Shown: piece after piece, positions 14,005 to 26,098 of the stretch | Layout: each line of letters starts with the position of its first letter | Numbering within the stretch: position 1 is the first letter of the stretch | NCBI RefSeq assembly: GCF_008831285.2 | Contig: NC_045138.2 | Location: forward strand, 7,130,001 to 7,194,000 | Reading direction: 5' to 3' | Length of the DNA stretch: 64,000 nt | Source of the DNA: Nymphaea colorata | Lineage: Eukaryota | Notes under the pieces: model-generated | What the model was told of the DNA's origin: nothing | What the model saw: the letters and a program-made list of their open reading frames with translations, nothing else | Database searches by the model: none | Translations under genes and position numbers: made by a program

Positions 14005-14290
14005 TTATAATAAAGAAATTAAAGAGGCAAAACGCAGGAAATTTCACGACTGAAAAATTAGGATTTTGTTGAAAGCTTTTCAGTTTATAAAAGTGTTGAG
14101 TTTTATTTCTTTTACTTTTTTTTTTGAGTAAAAGAAAAGAATGAGCGAATCTTTTGCCTTAACTTTTTTTTTTTTCAACCGTGTACTTAAATAAAGCAGC
14201 ACGAATGAGATAACGTCACTTTGGATGACAGAGAATTTCACTTTTCATGACTTATAGAGAGGAGATTTTACATAATAAACGGTCACCAAG
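14005..14290 (+). repeat. Diverged direct repeat, copy 1 (copy 2 at about 23955-24225)
   Basis: Colinear blocks TTAAAGAGGCAAAA, GACTGAAA, AGCTTTTCAGTTTA, AAAGTGTTGAGTTTT, GTAAAAGAAA, CTTAAATAA, CACTTTTCATG, AGATTTTAC are shared by both copies. Confidence 0.8.
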
Positions 14291-17029
14291 CAGGAAAGTA
14301 CCAATATTGCCTTCAACGCTCACACGTGTGCATGCGTGCACGCACACACACACACACACAAACAGAATGTACTGCAATTAAGTAGGGCGGAGCCAAAAAT
14401 ATTTTAAACACTCAATATATAGTTAATAAATTTTAACTTGACTCGTGGGGCTACTACATATAATGAAACGAAGTTTACTCAAATTACACTAAATTAAAGC
14501 TTCAAAGAATGGGCTTTGTGGAGCATACGCCCCAAAGAAAGAACACCTGCCTTCACCCCCACAACTGAGTATAACAAGCAGCTTACACAAAAAATGGAGT
14601 TGAAACCAAATTGTTATATATACAAATTAACACAGAGAAAACATAAATTCAGTTTAATTTGTCCAAAACCCCGGTGACAAATAATCTTGATCAGTTGATC
14701 TTAAGATTATTACTTCTCATGACAAATTATGTGTGTGCGCGAGAGAGAGAGAGTCAGTAAAATAAGAAAGCATGCAAGTTTCAGAAATGCTTTAGAAGCT
14801 AATGTGTATGAATGGAGGTTAGGAGCGCATGATGGTGCTGATTATTTTGACATCTTTTCTCATGCAGTAATATGGCAATGCCTTTTAGAGGTTTTTTGAT
14901 TTTGCAAGAACACTCTCTTAGTAGGGTCTGAGGGACAAGTAACAAATTTTATTTTTTTAAGGGTCATCGACATCTAAATAAAGAAGTTGCTCTGAGGTGT
15001 GAAGGAAAAAATAAGTATTTTTTTGGGCACTTGCCCACACAGTACCCACGCTTGTTTCTTAGAAGCTCGGGCAAATCAGTTTCCTGTTTCCATGTTGGTT
15101 CTTTGCAGTAATGATTCTAATGAAGGAAAAAGTTCGCCAAGATCATGATCATGATCATGATCTCAGCATGAGATGGGACCAGATTACGATCATCAAATTG
15201 CATCCCACTGCTACTATGAACTGCAACTCTGAAAAAGACAAGAAAAGAAAAAGGATGCAGCTCATTTTTTTTAGTTATTCTCTTTTTATATTTCATAAAA
15301 AGTGGGGCATTGTCTTTAAGTAAAGGGTGGACCTAAAAGGAATAATGTTCATAATTTCGAGAAAGTTGAAACAAGGGCATGGGCCTCATTTGTCAGCGCA
15401 AAGTATGCGGGCAAAGTCGACCTTCGCACACCTCTTCAAATTATTCCAGTTTTCCTTTTTATATAGATCAACTTTTAGTCGTTTGGGATGAACTTGGTGT
15501 TTGGATGTTACAAATTTAAGCACTAGGATCAAGTCACTAGTGAACCAAATACTGAATCTTTACCTTTTTAAATCTCAAGTTTGTCTCATATCACCACCCA
15601 ACTGGAGAAGTTAGTTACATCATTATGCAACATATATAAGGCTGTGCATACATATATATATATATATATATAGGAAAATTGGTATATCGCAGACCACTGA
15701 AGTTAGGGAGAAAAACCACACTTCTTAAATATAAAAAATATTTTAAACAATATAGTAACATTCTAATGTGTTTATAAATATTAATTCAGCAAAGACCATG
15801 TCTTAGCTCAAATTGTTTTTAAAGAAATCATTAATTTTTACACTATTAAAAATCTGAAGCGATAAGAACCACTCATTGTTTGACAGTCAGAGGAACATGT
15901 TAAAATCAACAAATGATTTAGTGTATGCTTCTCATCAACACATTTGAAAGACCATAATAGTTAGATTATACAGAAAAGTACTCCAATATTCATTTTTGAG
16001 TGGTCAGGTTTTCATCCTTGGCCTAATGATATGGCATTTACCAATCTCTCTCTCTTTCTCCGCCCTCTTACCAGGGGCCTCCTCGTGATCAGGATTCCTC
16101 TTACCAGAAGGGAACCCCTCTCATCAAGGCAACGCAATTGACAATCTTTACTCATGCATGTGCCCCAATGCACACATTGGGCATGTTTGTGAGAGGCTGT
16201 TTATATATATATATAGATAGAGGGGGGCGGGGGGAGGGGGAGAGAGAGAGAGAGTTGGTAAATACTATACCATTTACCTAACAGACAAAAAATTAGGCCC
16301 ATCAAAATTAATTATTAAAGCATTTTTTTTTGTAATTTAACCTTATAAAATATGATCTTAAGAGTAATTTAGTAAGAAACGTAGATTAAATTAATCATTT
16401 TTAGTTTAATAATATTTTTTTAATAATAAAAAAGTGAACTTCTCTTATTACATCAAAATTTTGATAGTAGAAAAACTTTTTTTTTTTTTTTTGCAAAAGG
16501 AACTTGAACTAAAACATGATTCATATTTTCGTGTTTATAAATACATTTGTTCAAAATACTTTTTAACACAAATTAAAGAGGTCTGGTTTTTATCCCTTAC
16601 CCATCTCTCTTTTTGATCTCCCTCTCTTTCTCTCTCTCTCTTTTATATATGTGAGAAAAAATCTAATGAATATTGTCTCATGACTAATCATTTAAGAACC
16701 GTTACTAGAAAAATCATATACTATTGCAAGTATATTAAGTTGTCACTGTTATAGCATAAATCATTGCTAATACCATGTGGTTATCAATTTTTTAACCATC
16801 CAATAACATCCAAAGTGGGTTAGGCATGAAATTTTTGTATGCCAATATAGTCATGACGAAAAATACCGCTGGTTAATAGAAAAATAAAAGTTTTTGTAGG
16901 GATGAAAAGGAAATTGAAAAAAGTATGGCTTTGGGATTCAATAAAGCTCAGAACGAATAATTATGTGATCAGTCCATATATATGGATATCGGTATCATCA
17001 ATAGACCCTCTAAGCAACAAAGAAGTGTC

Positions 17030-17277
17030 CTTGTTTTTGACCTGCTCATGTGATTATCTTATATTCCTGTCATTATGTCATACCTCTATCGTTATCTCAT
17101 ACACATTATCTCATAATCTATCATGATTTCATACCATTTCATTAGCTTATACTCTCTGTCATTATCTGATACCACCCCTATCATTATTTTAGATGTTATG
17201 TGTATGAGACAATAACAGATGTATGAGATAATGACAAAGTTAAGAATGGTCGTTGTATACATGCAATGTTAAGACAT
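17030..17277. repeat. Foldback/MITE-like inverted repeat
   Basis: TGTCATTATGTCATACCTCTATCGTTATCTCATACACAT (from about 17068) pairs with ATGTGTATGAGACAATAACAGATGTATGAGATAATGACA (about 17198-17236). Confidence 0.6.
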
Positions 17278-19152
17278 CGAAGTAAATATGCATACTGGTA
17301 GTAGGGTCCATCATTGGCATGCACAGTGTTGTTCTGATTCAAAGACTAAGTTTGGGCTGCTGAATCAATATTGCAACTCATTTCATAGAAGAGTTAGTTT
17401 GAACTTGACTATAACTCAATTCACTCACTAGGTTAAAGGCTCCTATTCCCATGAAGTCTATGGTAAAAGAAGAGTAAAGATGACCAATACGACATCACCA
17501 AAAAAGAGTTCCAACATCCTGCTTCATGCTGAGAATCTAAGCCCCTATTTTTCGAGATTGAGTTGCATGCACACTTTTATGCATGCAACAAATATACACG
17601 GAAAAAGGAAAGAAGTGAGATGGGGATATCTCAGATTTTTTTTTATAAAGGTATGTACATTTTAGTCTGTTAATATTTTTATAATTTCTTTTTTTGTTTA
17701 GGGGTGTGCACCTAACCAGTTTCGTTACCATTCTTTTCATCTTAAGGTATAAGGAATGCTTTCAATGTTTCTAGTAATGCCTCTACCATGATTCAACTTG
17801 CATATCAATGTCTTTTTGTTTAAACAAACTACCTCATACAGGTATGCTACTGCATGAGCTGCTCGCCACGTTGAAGCATTAGCTAGTTTGCCATGAATCT
17901 CATTTTATCTTATGAACATATTATGCTGCTAAGATGAAAGACTCCCGATTGCTTTCATGCTTTATTTTTATTTCAGAAAACCATTTTTTTATTTTCTTTT
18001 TACTTAATCAAAACCACCTCAAGCTGAAATATCAAATCCTCCATGCTATTTTCATTCCTCTTAGTCGGAAACGAGTCAACTTTCACCTGGACATGCACCA
18101 TTGAGATTTGAACCAACGATCGATCGCCTACCAGCCGTTGACCAAACAGCTGAGCCAAATTCCTCAGTCTGGCCTGCTTTCGTCCGCAAAACTGCGGACT
18201 GTGAACTGGGAGTTTGACAAGCCATTTGCCATGTTGGACAAGCCATTGTTTAAATTAAATACATCAAGCATGCAAATCTACATTGCCGCTTGCTCACGTC
18301 GACACCCATACAAAATACTTTTTCTTTGGATTCTTTTGCACGCCGTGGTGCAGAAAGCAAGCTCAAAACGCCAACTTTTTTTATATGTAGTAATTTATCT
18401 GGAAAGACGCACCTGTACATGTTTGTGTACTACAGAATCAGCGCCATGAAAAATTCCAAAGCCTCCAGAAGGAAAAGAAAACTAGCTAAAGCTACATGTG
18501 GCATCAGGAGTACATGAACAGTAGTTCCTGAATATATATACTAAAAGAATAGAGGTTGTTTTATTTAGTTTTGATTTTTTGCTTAATGTTTTCCTTATAA
18601 TAATGCTGCAATATGAACTTCTTCCACGCGTCAAACCAATCTGATATCTATTCCAATTAGGATGTGTATGATAACTCAGGATCTCACATCGAAGGCTAAT
18701 CTCAAATACCTTTCATACTGTGAGACACAAGGCAAAAAAATATTAGATTTTTACCATTATAAAAAAAAAGAAGATTTGAGATCTCCAGTGTGTGTTATCC
18801 ACACACACACACACACACACTAAAGATCTAAATTCTTATAAAAGTTCAGATTTCCGGTCGAATGAGAGGGGATACTCCCAACTTCAAATCTTCGAATAGG
18901 CAATCCCCAGACCTGAGGTAAACAAACGCCCGTTAAGGTCTCCAAATTTTTAAATAAGAAATGTGGAAATAGATGTCATTTTGCAGCGGAAACCGGTTCC
19001 AGTTTCTGAATTTTTGTAATTTTTCTTACGGTGGGTCCATGTATTAGACCCTCAAACTGGCTGACTCATTTATAAATCCAACATCGACTGTTCTAGCATC
19101 AAATTTGTATAGCCCTTCTCTATTCTATGACATGATACTTGCTTGAATTAAG

Positions 19153-20129
19153 TAAGGCTATGCAATAAGTGGATTCAACTTGAGCTCGTCAACCCATTTG
19201 TTAAACAAGTCGAGCTCATGCTTAAACTAGAGCTTATAAATGAATCGAGTTTGAGTTATATGCACTTGACTCAATTAAACTCGAGTAAGCTAGTTTAGTT
19301 TAGCCTATGTTTTCTTTTTTGTAATTTCCAATCAAAGGAAAGAGTCGAGTTGAAACTCAGTCTTATTGAGTACAGTTCTAGCTGACCTTGGACAACTAGT
19401 TTCGAGCTTTGAATAGAGTTCAGGGTGACCGAGCTTAAATTCAACTTGAGCTCGCCGACTTATTTGTTAAACAAGTCGAGCTCATGCTTAAACTAGAGCT
19501 TATAAATGAGTCGAGTTTGAGTTATATGCACTTGACTCGATTAAACTCTAGTAAGCTAGTTTAATTTAGGCTATGTTTTCTTTTTTGTACTTTCCAATCA
19601 AAGGAAAGAGATCCGGTCAAATGGTAGGTTCGTAATATCTCTTAAACAAGTCAAACTCGAGTTGAAACTCAGTCTTATCGAGTACAGCTCTAGCTGACCT
19701 TGGACAGCTAGTTTCGAGCTTGAGCTGATCAAGATATGAGTTGAATAGAGCTCAGGGTGACCGGCCTTAAATTCAACTTGAGCTCGCCGACTTATTTGTT
19801 AAACAAGTCGAGCTCATGCTTAAACTAGAGCTTATAAATGAGTCGAGATTGAGTTATATGCACTTAACTCGATTAAACTCGAGTAAGCTAGTTTAATTTA
19901 GGCTATGTTTTCTTTTTTGTACTTTCCAATCGAAGGAAAGAGATCCAGTCAAATGGTGGGTTCGTAATATCTCTTAAAGAAGTCAAACTCGAGTTGAAAC
20001 TCAGTCTTATCGAGTACAGCTCTAGCTGACCTTGGTCAGCTAGTTTCGAGCTTGAGCTGATCAAGATATGAGTTGAATAGAGCTCTGGGTGACCGAGCTT
20101 AAATTCAACTTGGCTGGTGTACAGCCTTA
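19153..20129. mobile_element. hAT-type MITE with internal tandem amplification (3 units)
   Basis: Ends TAAGGCTATGCA / TGTACAGCCTTA; unit marker TTCAACTTG at 19174, 19440, 19772 and 20104 (periods 266, 332, 332). Confidence 0.8.
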
Positions 20130-21630
20130 AATGTAGTGTCATACAAGGGGCTAGATACTGGTTGACACCTAATTGCAAGAATTCTCACCTCTTTTAGAAT
20201 TGAGATACCTTCCCTTCAAGCCTCTGCCAACTCATATAAATAATTGGTTGTGAATAAACACTTATTTTCCACTTTTTTAGCGTACTTGATTTCAACTCCT
20301 TAGTGTTGCACCAAGAAGTCCGTCGCTGGTGCTTTGGTTGGTGGATCTGTCCAATACTTCATTTTCATTCTCTGATCTTTGTCAGAGACAGATAGAGAGA
20401 GCTTAAAATGCAGAGAAGTTTTCATGGAGCTTCCTGGTAGACAATGATGTAAGAAGAACCTATTCTTCAGTTTCCACCTGATCTGAGTGATACCCAATTG
20501 TTTTCTTGTGATTGGTAGCCTTTCCATAAGGCTGACATCCATTTCCCTCCTCACCCGGCCCCCCACTCCTTGCTTGTGTTTTCTTTTCAATAGAAAAAGA
20601 TCTCAGGAAAAAGAAGGCCATTAAAGTTCAGCCCATAACCAAACAGAAGATTGCTGTGTAGCACTGTGAAAAACTCTCAACTTTTTCTCTCGAACAGTGT
20701 GGCTCGTGCAGTAGCCCAACCTTTCAAAAAAGTGAGGCAAATCTGCTCAAGGATATTGAGCCTTTTCAGAAGAAGGAATGCGAGGAAAACAGAACTCCGT
20801 GGCTCCATCTTTTCACTTAGGCAGTGAAGTTGTTCGGTAGAAACTAGAAGCACGCTGAAGAGGAGCCACAACGAGGCCGTAAGCGTCTTGCGGAAAAGAA
20901 AATAGATGATGCAAAGGTGGTAGAGTCTTGTACTCGAGGATGTTGACCCTGGGTAGCAAAAATGAATGCTAAAGGCAATGACTATGAAAAATGAACATGA
21001 CTATGTTCCAAAGAGACGTGGCATAGCTGGCCAGGCAAGTGTTGTTGGTGAATACTATTCCTAAAGCAGAAAAGATAAAGATCACGACCCTTAGTTGACC
21101 GGTGTACATTACATACCTCAACAAGATCCCAAAGCAACCCAAGACTTTGAGGCAGAAGGAATGAGAAGTCTTTGGGCCTCTTTTGAGAATGGTACATGGA
21201 TTGTTAACCTAGCTCACCTAAAAAAAACTAACAAGTTTATAAGAAGTTCTATATATAAAAGCAAAATTTACAAGAAGATGCTTAAATCATTTGGGCAAAT
21301 ACTGTTTATTCATATTCATGTGAGCAACTGATGTTTAATTCTTTTGTTTCATACAAGATCTAGAAAGATCTATCCTTGTAATTTATGGGCAGCCTGAGGT
21401 TATTTAGGTAATTTCACTGAAACAAGACAAAGGAAGCTTCTAAGAAAGTTCTTCAACGGTGGCAGTTTTGCAATATAAGACACATGACAGGGGTTCTTTG
21501 TGAAGCCATGGCAAGATAAAAAGGACAAGAGAGTCCCAAGAGCAGGGAATGACAGTGTTAAGGAACACTGGAACAGCCAAAAGTCATAGAGAAAGAGAAA
21601 CAGAAAAGGAAAGAGAGAAGGTGGCCAGCC

Positions 21631-23211
21631 ATGGAGATTTTAGCTCAGCTGTGGTCGTTCCTGGGACTGCTCACAGTCCTACAGAACGTCCTCCCCTCAC
21701 AGCTCCTCACTCTCCTCCAGTCATGGTGGGAGTCGCTGCAGGACCTCCTCAACCCTTACTCCTACTTTGAGATACCAGAGTTTAATGGCTACTACGGCGT
21801 CGACGTCAATGAGCTCTACCGGGTGGTGCACCTCTACCTCAGCACCCTCGACGGCGCCGCCTCCCGCCGGCTGACCCTCACCCGCCCCAAGAACTCAGGC
21901 CACATCTCCTTCATTGTCTCCCCCAATCACACCGTCGAGGACTCCTTCCGCGGCCACCGCCTCTGGTGGACTCACCACGTCGAGACCGTGCAGGACTCCC
22001 TGGAAGAGAAGCGCAGCTTCTGCCTCAAGCTCGCCAAGGCCCACCGCAAGACCATCCTCTCCGACTACCTCGCCGAGATGTCGGCCCGCGCCGAGGAGTT
22101 CGAGCGCGTCTCCCGCGACCGCCGCCTCTACACCAACGGGGGCAACGCCTCCTGCGAGCTCGCCTGGGCCTCCGTCCCCTTCCGCCACCCTGCCACCTTC
22201 GACACGCTCGCTCTGGAGCCCGAGCTCAAGCGCTCGTTGATCGATGACCTCACGGCCTTCGCAAACAGCAGGGAGTTTTACAAGAGGATAGGCCGGCCGT
22301 GGAAGCGGGGATACCTGCTTTACGGTCCGCCGGGCACCGGGAAATCGAGCTTGATTGCCGCAATGGCGAACTTTCTCCACTACGACGTCTATGACCTCGA
22401 GCTCACCAAGGTCGCCGACAACTCCGAACTCAGGGCGCTGCTCATCCAGACGACCAACAAGTCGATCATCGTCATCGAAGACATCGACTGCTCGCTCGAC
22501 CTGACGGAAAGAATGGCGATGAACTCGAAGAAACCGTTGGGAGGGGGAAGTGGGAGCCGGAGGTCTGGTCGGTCGAGCTCGCTGGACTCAGGCGCCGGGG
22601 ATCAGGACAGCCGGGTGACGCTCTCCGGGCTGCTCAACTTCACCGACGGCCTGTGGTCGTGCTGCGGCGAGGAGCGGATCGTGGTGTTCACGACGAACCA
22701 CAAGGACAACATCGACGCCGCGCTGGTGCGGTGCGGCCGTATGGACATGCACGTCATGCTCCCGACCTGCGGCACCCAAGCGTTCAGGTCGCTGGCCTTC
22801 AACTACTTGGGAGTGACCGAGCACGACCTTTTTCAGGCGGTCGACCGCTGCATGCAGGCCGGCGGCGCGCTGACGCCGGCGGAGGTCGGGGAGATCATGA
22901 TTAAGAATAAGGACGATGCGGACGCCGCCATCAGGGCGGTACTCGTGGCGCTGCAGATGACCATCCTTCGCGGCCGCCGGGAGTGCCATGAAGCCGACGA
23001 GGAGGAATTGGTGGCGAGGATGGAAAAGAAAATGAGCAGCTTCTTCTTGGATCAGGCGACCACTGGAGGTGGCCACTCGGAAGTGTATGAGAAGCTGCGG
23101 AGTCCGGCGGACGGCGTGAAGGAGAAGGTCGGGGGAAGATGGCAGAGGAAGGTGAGGTGCTTTGTGAGGATGAAGATGCTGATGCGCTCGCCTTCTGTAA
23201 ATGGCATCTAA
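21631..23211 (+). CDS. Intronless BCS1-type plant AAA-ATPase (At4g25835/At5g57480-like group), 526 aa
   Basis: N-terminal AAA_assoc-like region, HPATFDTLAL, WKRGYLLYGPPGTGKSS (Walker A), IIVIEDIDC (Walker B), VTLSGLLNFTDGLWSCCGEERIVVFTTNH, SRH-like DAALVRCGRMD; strong GC3 coding bias. Confidence 0.95.
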   Translation: MEILAQLWSFLGLLTVLQNVLPSQLLTLLQSWWESLQDLLNPYSYFEIPEFNGYYGVDVNELYRVVHLYLSTLDGAASRRLTLTRPKNSGHISFIVSPNHTVEDSFRGHRLWWTHHVETVQDSLEEKRSFCLKLAKAHRKTILSDYLAEMSARAEEFERVSRDRRLYTNGGNASCELAWASVPFRHPATFDTLALEPELKRSLIDDLTAFANSREFYKRIGRPWKRGYLLYGPPGTGKSSLIAAMANFLHYDVYDLELTKVADNSELRALLIQTTNKSIIVIEDIDCSLDLTERMAMNSKKPLGGGSGSRRSGRSSSLDSGAGDQDSRVTLSGLLNFTDGLWSCCGEERIVVFTTNHKDNIDAALVRCGRMDMHVMLPTCGTQAFRSLAFNYLGVTEHDLFQAVDRCMQAGGALTPAEVGEIMIKNKDDADAAIRAVLVALQMTILRGRRECHEADEEELVARMEKKMSSFFLDQATTGGGHSEVYEKLRSPADGVKEKVGGRWQRKVRCFVRMKMLMRSPSVNGI

Positions 23212-23954
23212 CAAAGAGTCGACCGCCATGATTTTTGAAGTTCTGCTTCTTGTGTAACAGTTGTCTCCTTTGTTAATTTGTACTAAATGAAGGGGAAGCA
23301 TTAGATGGAAGGCAGTGTGTGATTTTCTTCTGTTTTTTTCATTTTCTTCCTTTACTTCTCTGGCTGTGTAATTACTTACTAAGATAGCATGTAGTGATCC
23401 AGTAACAACTGAAAACCTGTGATCTCAATTTGTTTCTTTCCTGGTTTTGCGTTACACAGATCATCTAGTCTTTCTGACCAGCGGCGCATTCTATTTGTCA
23501 CATTCTGAAATCATTGGTCGAACAAAATCTGGTCTTGTGAAGTCGTGTTTTTTTTTACAGAAAAATTTATGTCTTCTCTGTTCCAAGCTGAAACAAAGAA
23601 AACCTTTCTGTGTGTGAAAGTATTAGATTATACACGGAAAATTAGTAATAAGGTTCCATTTGCTTCTAAGGATCTGTATGTTTGGGCAGAAAATTTTCTC
23701 AGCAAATAGATAAGAACATAGTATTTGAGAACTGAGAAGGAAATATGGACCAATGCGATACTGCTCATGGTGACATTTATACGAGCAACTTCTAATGACC
23801 ATTAATATTTGATGAAGTTGGATCGTGAATCCTGTTCGTCATCACTATGGTGCTTCTGATGTATTATATATAGCCTTTATATCTGATTTGGGCCCCCTTT
23901 ATGTGTGACCCACAAAGATAAACAAACTACTGGTCGAACCTCAAATCTGAGGTA

Positions 23955-24225
23955 AATAAAGTTTAAAGAGGCAAAAGGCAACAAATTTCCATGACTGAAA
24001 CATTAGAATTTTAGTAAGAGCTTTTCAGTTTAAAGTGTTGAGTTTTCTTCCTTTTTCTTTTAAAGTAAAAGAAATGAATTAGCGAACGGCTTCTCTAACT
24101 TTTTTCCCCCACCCTTAAATAAGGCAGTAAGATTGGGATAACATGATTTGTGATGAGAAAATTGCACTTTTCATGGCTTGATAAAAGAGATTTTACGTGG
24201 CAAAGAGAATAAGCGGTCATACATG
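23955..24225 (+). repeat. Diverged direct repeat, copy 2 (copy 1 at about 14005-14290)
   Basis: Same colinear blocks as copy 1. Confidence 0.8.
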
Positions 24226-24463
24226 CTCCAGCTCGTGCATACTCTCTCCCTCGTTCCGCAAAAGGCATCTAGCATAACTCGTCGGGCAAGAGGCATGAGG
24301 AAGGGATATCTGGTTCCATTCTTGTGGGAGCTACTCTCATGATAGCATTGAGAGTTGGGCTGAGGGGTGCCACATGGGCACATACAGACAGAAATCAAGT
24401 AAGTATAACAACATATACAACATATTCTTTAAGTTCCAAGAAGGGTTTTCATAATATAAAAGG

Positions 24464-24940
24464 TGTTATGGAAGAATGGCTGCAAAAAAGGGAAAACATT
24501 GTAACATTAAACGAAGAAAGATTAAAATGTTGGTAGACCCCTGTACTGCATGGTTGACAAAGATAGGTAAAAAGAAAGATTTCATAAGGAAAAAATAAGG
24601 AAAAGAAGCGCTGCGGAGACAAAGAGGGGAAAGAGATAACTGTGCATGAGCGTGCGGGTGGGACACGGGTTAACCTCCTTGTAAAGCTCGGTATTTACTT
24701 TACTGTAACCCCAGTGGGAAAAAAGAGAAAAGAGGGGAAAGCCCTTCCTTTCTTGCTTTACCTTTTACTTTAGCCTGATAAGTGATGGGCGCCACTCATC
24801 ACCTCCTAAACCATACCACTTTAGTTGCACAAAAAGCATATCCTACAAAGTCACTCCCCTCATGACTCTCCCTTCCTAAGAAAGGGTTGCCCTCGGTCAG
24901 TGGCTCACTGCTCATTCCTATCTGAAAAGGTTTCCCAACA
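24464..24940. mobile_element. Possible old solo LTR
   Basis: Termini TGTTATGGAA...TTTCCCAACA; flanks AAAGG vs TTAGG match only 3/5. Confidence 0.4.
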
Positions 24941-26098
24941 TTAGGCGTCTAAGCATATAGAAATTTAGAATTAAAGGTGCATTTTTAATCTCTTATAGAG
25001 CTGAAACTTTTGAAGCTTCTACTTGTGCCAGAGGCGATTGCTAATATTGTACTTCCCAACTTGGACCAATATGAAATCCATTTGGATGGCATGAAAGATC
25101 AGGTAGGAACTTTATTTTGGTGTCTAAGCGTGTGTTTGAATTGCACGGACGGCACACCGTCAGGAGTGGAGCTAAGGGGGCCCACATCAGTCCGGCCCCA
25201 CTTCAACTGCAATTCAGACTTCCTCATGTAAAATTTCTGACTTCATCCCTATGTGCAGCATGCTATTGCACGTGGAAGATACCTCGAGGATGAAACCAGA
25301 AAATCATGGACCCATATCCATGATTTTTTGTTCGACCTAAACAGGTCGGACATGTATCTGGGGACAAAAACTCTTGTCTATTAGGGCATTTTTTCTATCT
25401 GTGCAGATCACCACGCGTTGTGACATCATCTCTCTCACACCGCTTGCATTCGTCGGTCACCGCCTTTCGCATCGGTTGCCTCTCGCTGGTCGCTGTTCAC
25501 AACTCACCTCTTCCAGGTTGCCGCTCGCAACTCACCTGTCGCTGTTCACAACTCGCCTCTTCCAGGTCGCCGCTCGCAACTCACCTGTCGCCACTCACCA
25601 TTCTCTGCTCACTGCTCGCCGCCGGGACCATGCAAGAATACGTCTCTCCCTCTCTAGATTGAGGGGCAGCAACTGGAAATGACATTGTAGCACTCACCCC
25701 CTCTCTGTGATATTCCAGTTTTGGAAAAGGAATCAGAACTCAATTTCGAAGATCTTTCTACTTTGCAGAAGCTCTGTAGCCCCTTTTTCTCGCATAATAC
25801 ATCAACTAGTAAGCACCAGAAGAAGCGAGGGTTTTGGAAAGATCTAACAGAGGTAAGCTTTCCATAACAAAATTCTGGTAGCAACATTTTTGGTTTATCT
25901 TTATCTAAGCAATAGTTTGATCCGATCCCTACATAATCTCTATTATCTCATTTAGAGATTTACCCAAAACTGTGTGACGCTCATTATAAATATGTAGATC
26001 TGTCCTGAATACAAGTAAGTAAAAATTTCTCTTCTCTACATCACTTCATCTTGTCCTTTGCCATTACAAATTTATCATGGTATCAGAGTACTCATTTT

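Noticed and set aside
20300..21200. Several short minus-strand ORFs upstream of the AAA-ATPase
   Set aside because: No recognisable homology or coherent exon structure.
21895..23301. Overlapping and antisense ORFs (161 aa, 237 aa and others)
   Set aside because: By-products of high GC3 in the AAA-ATPase CDS.
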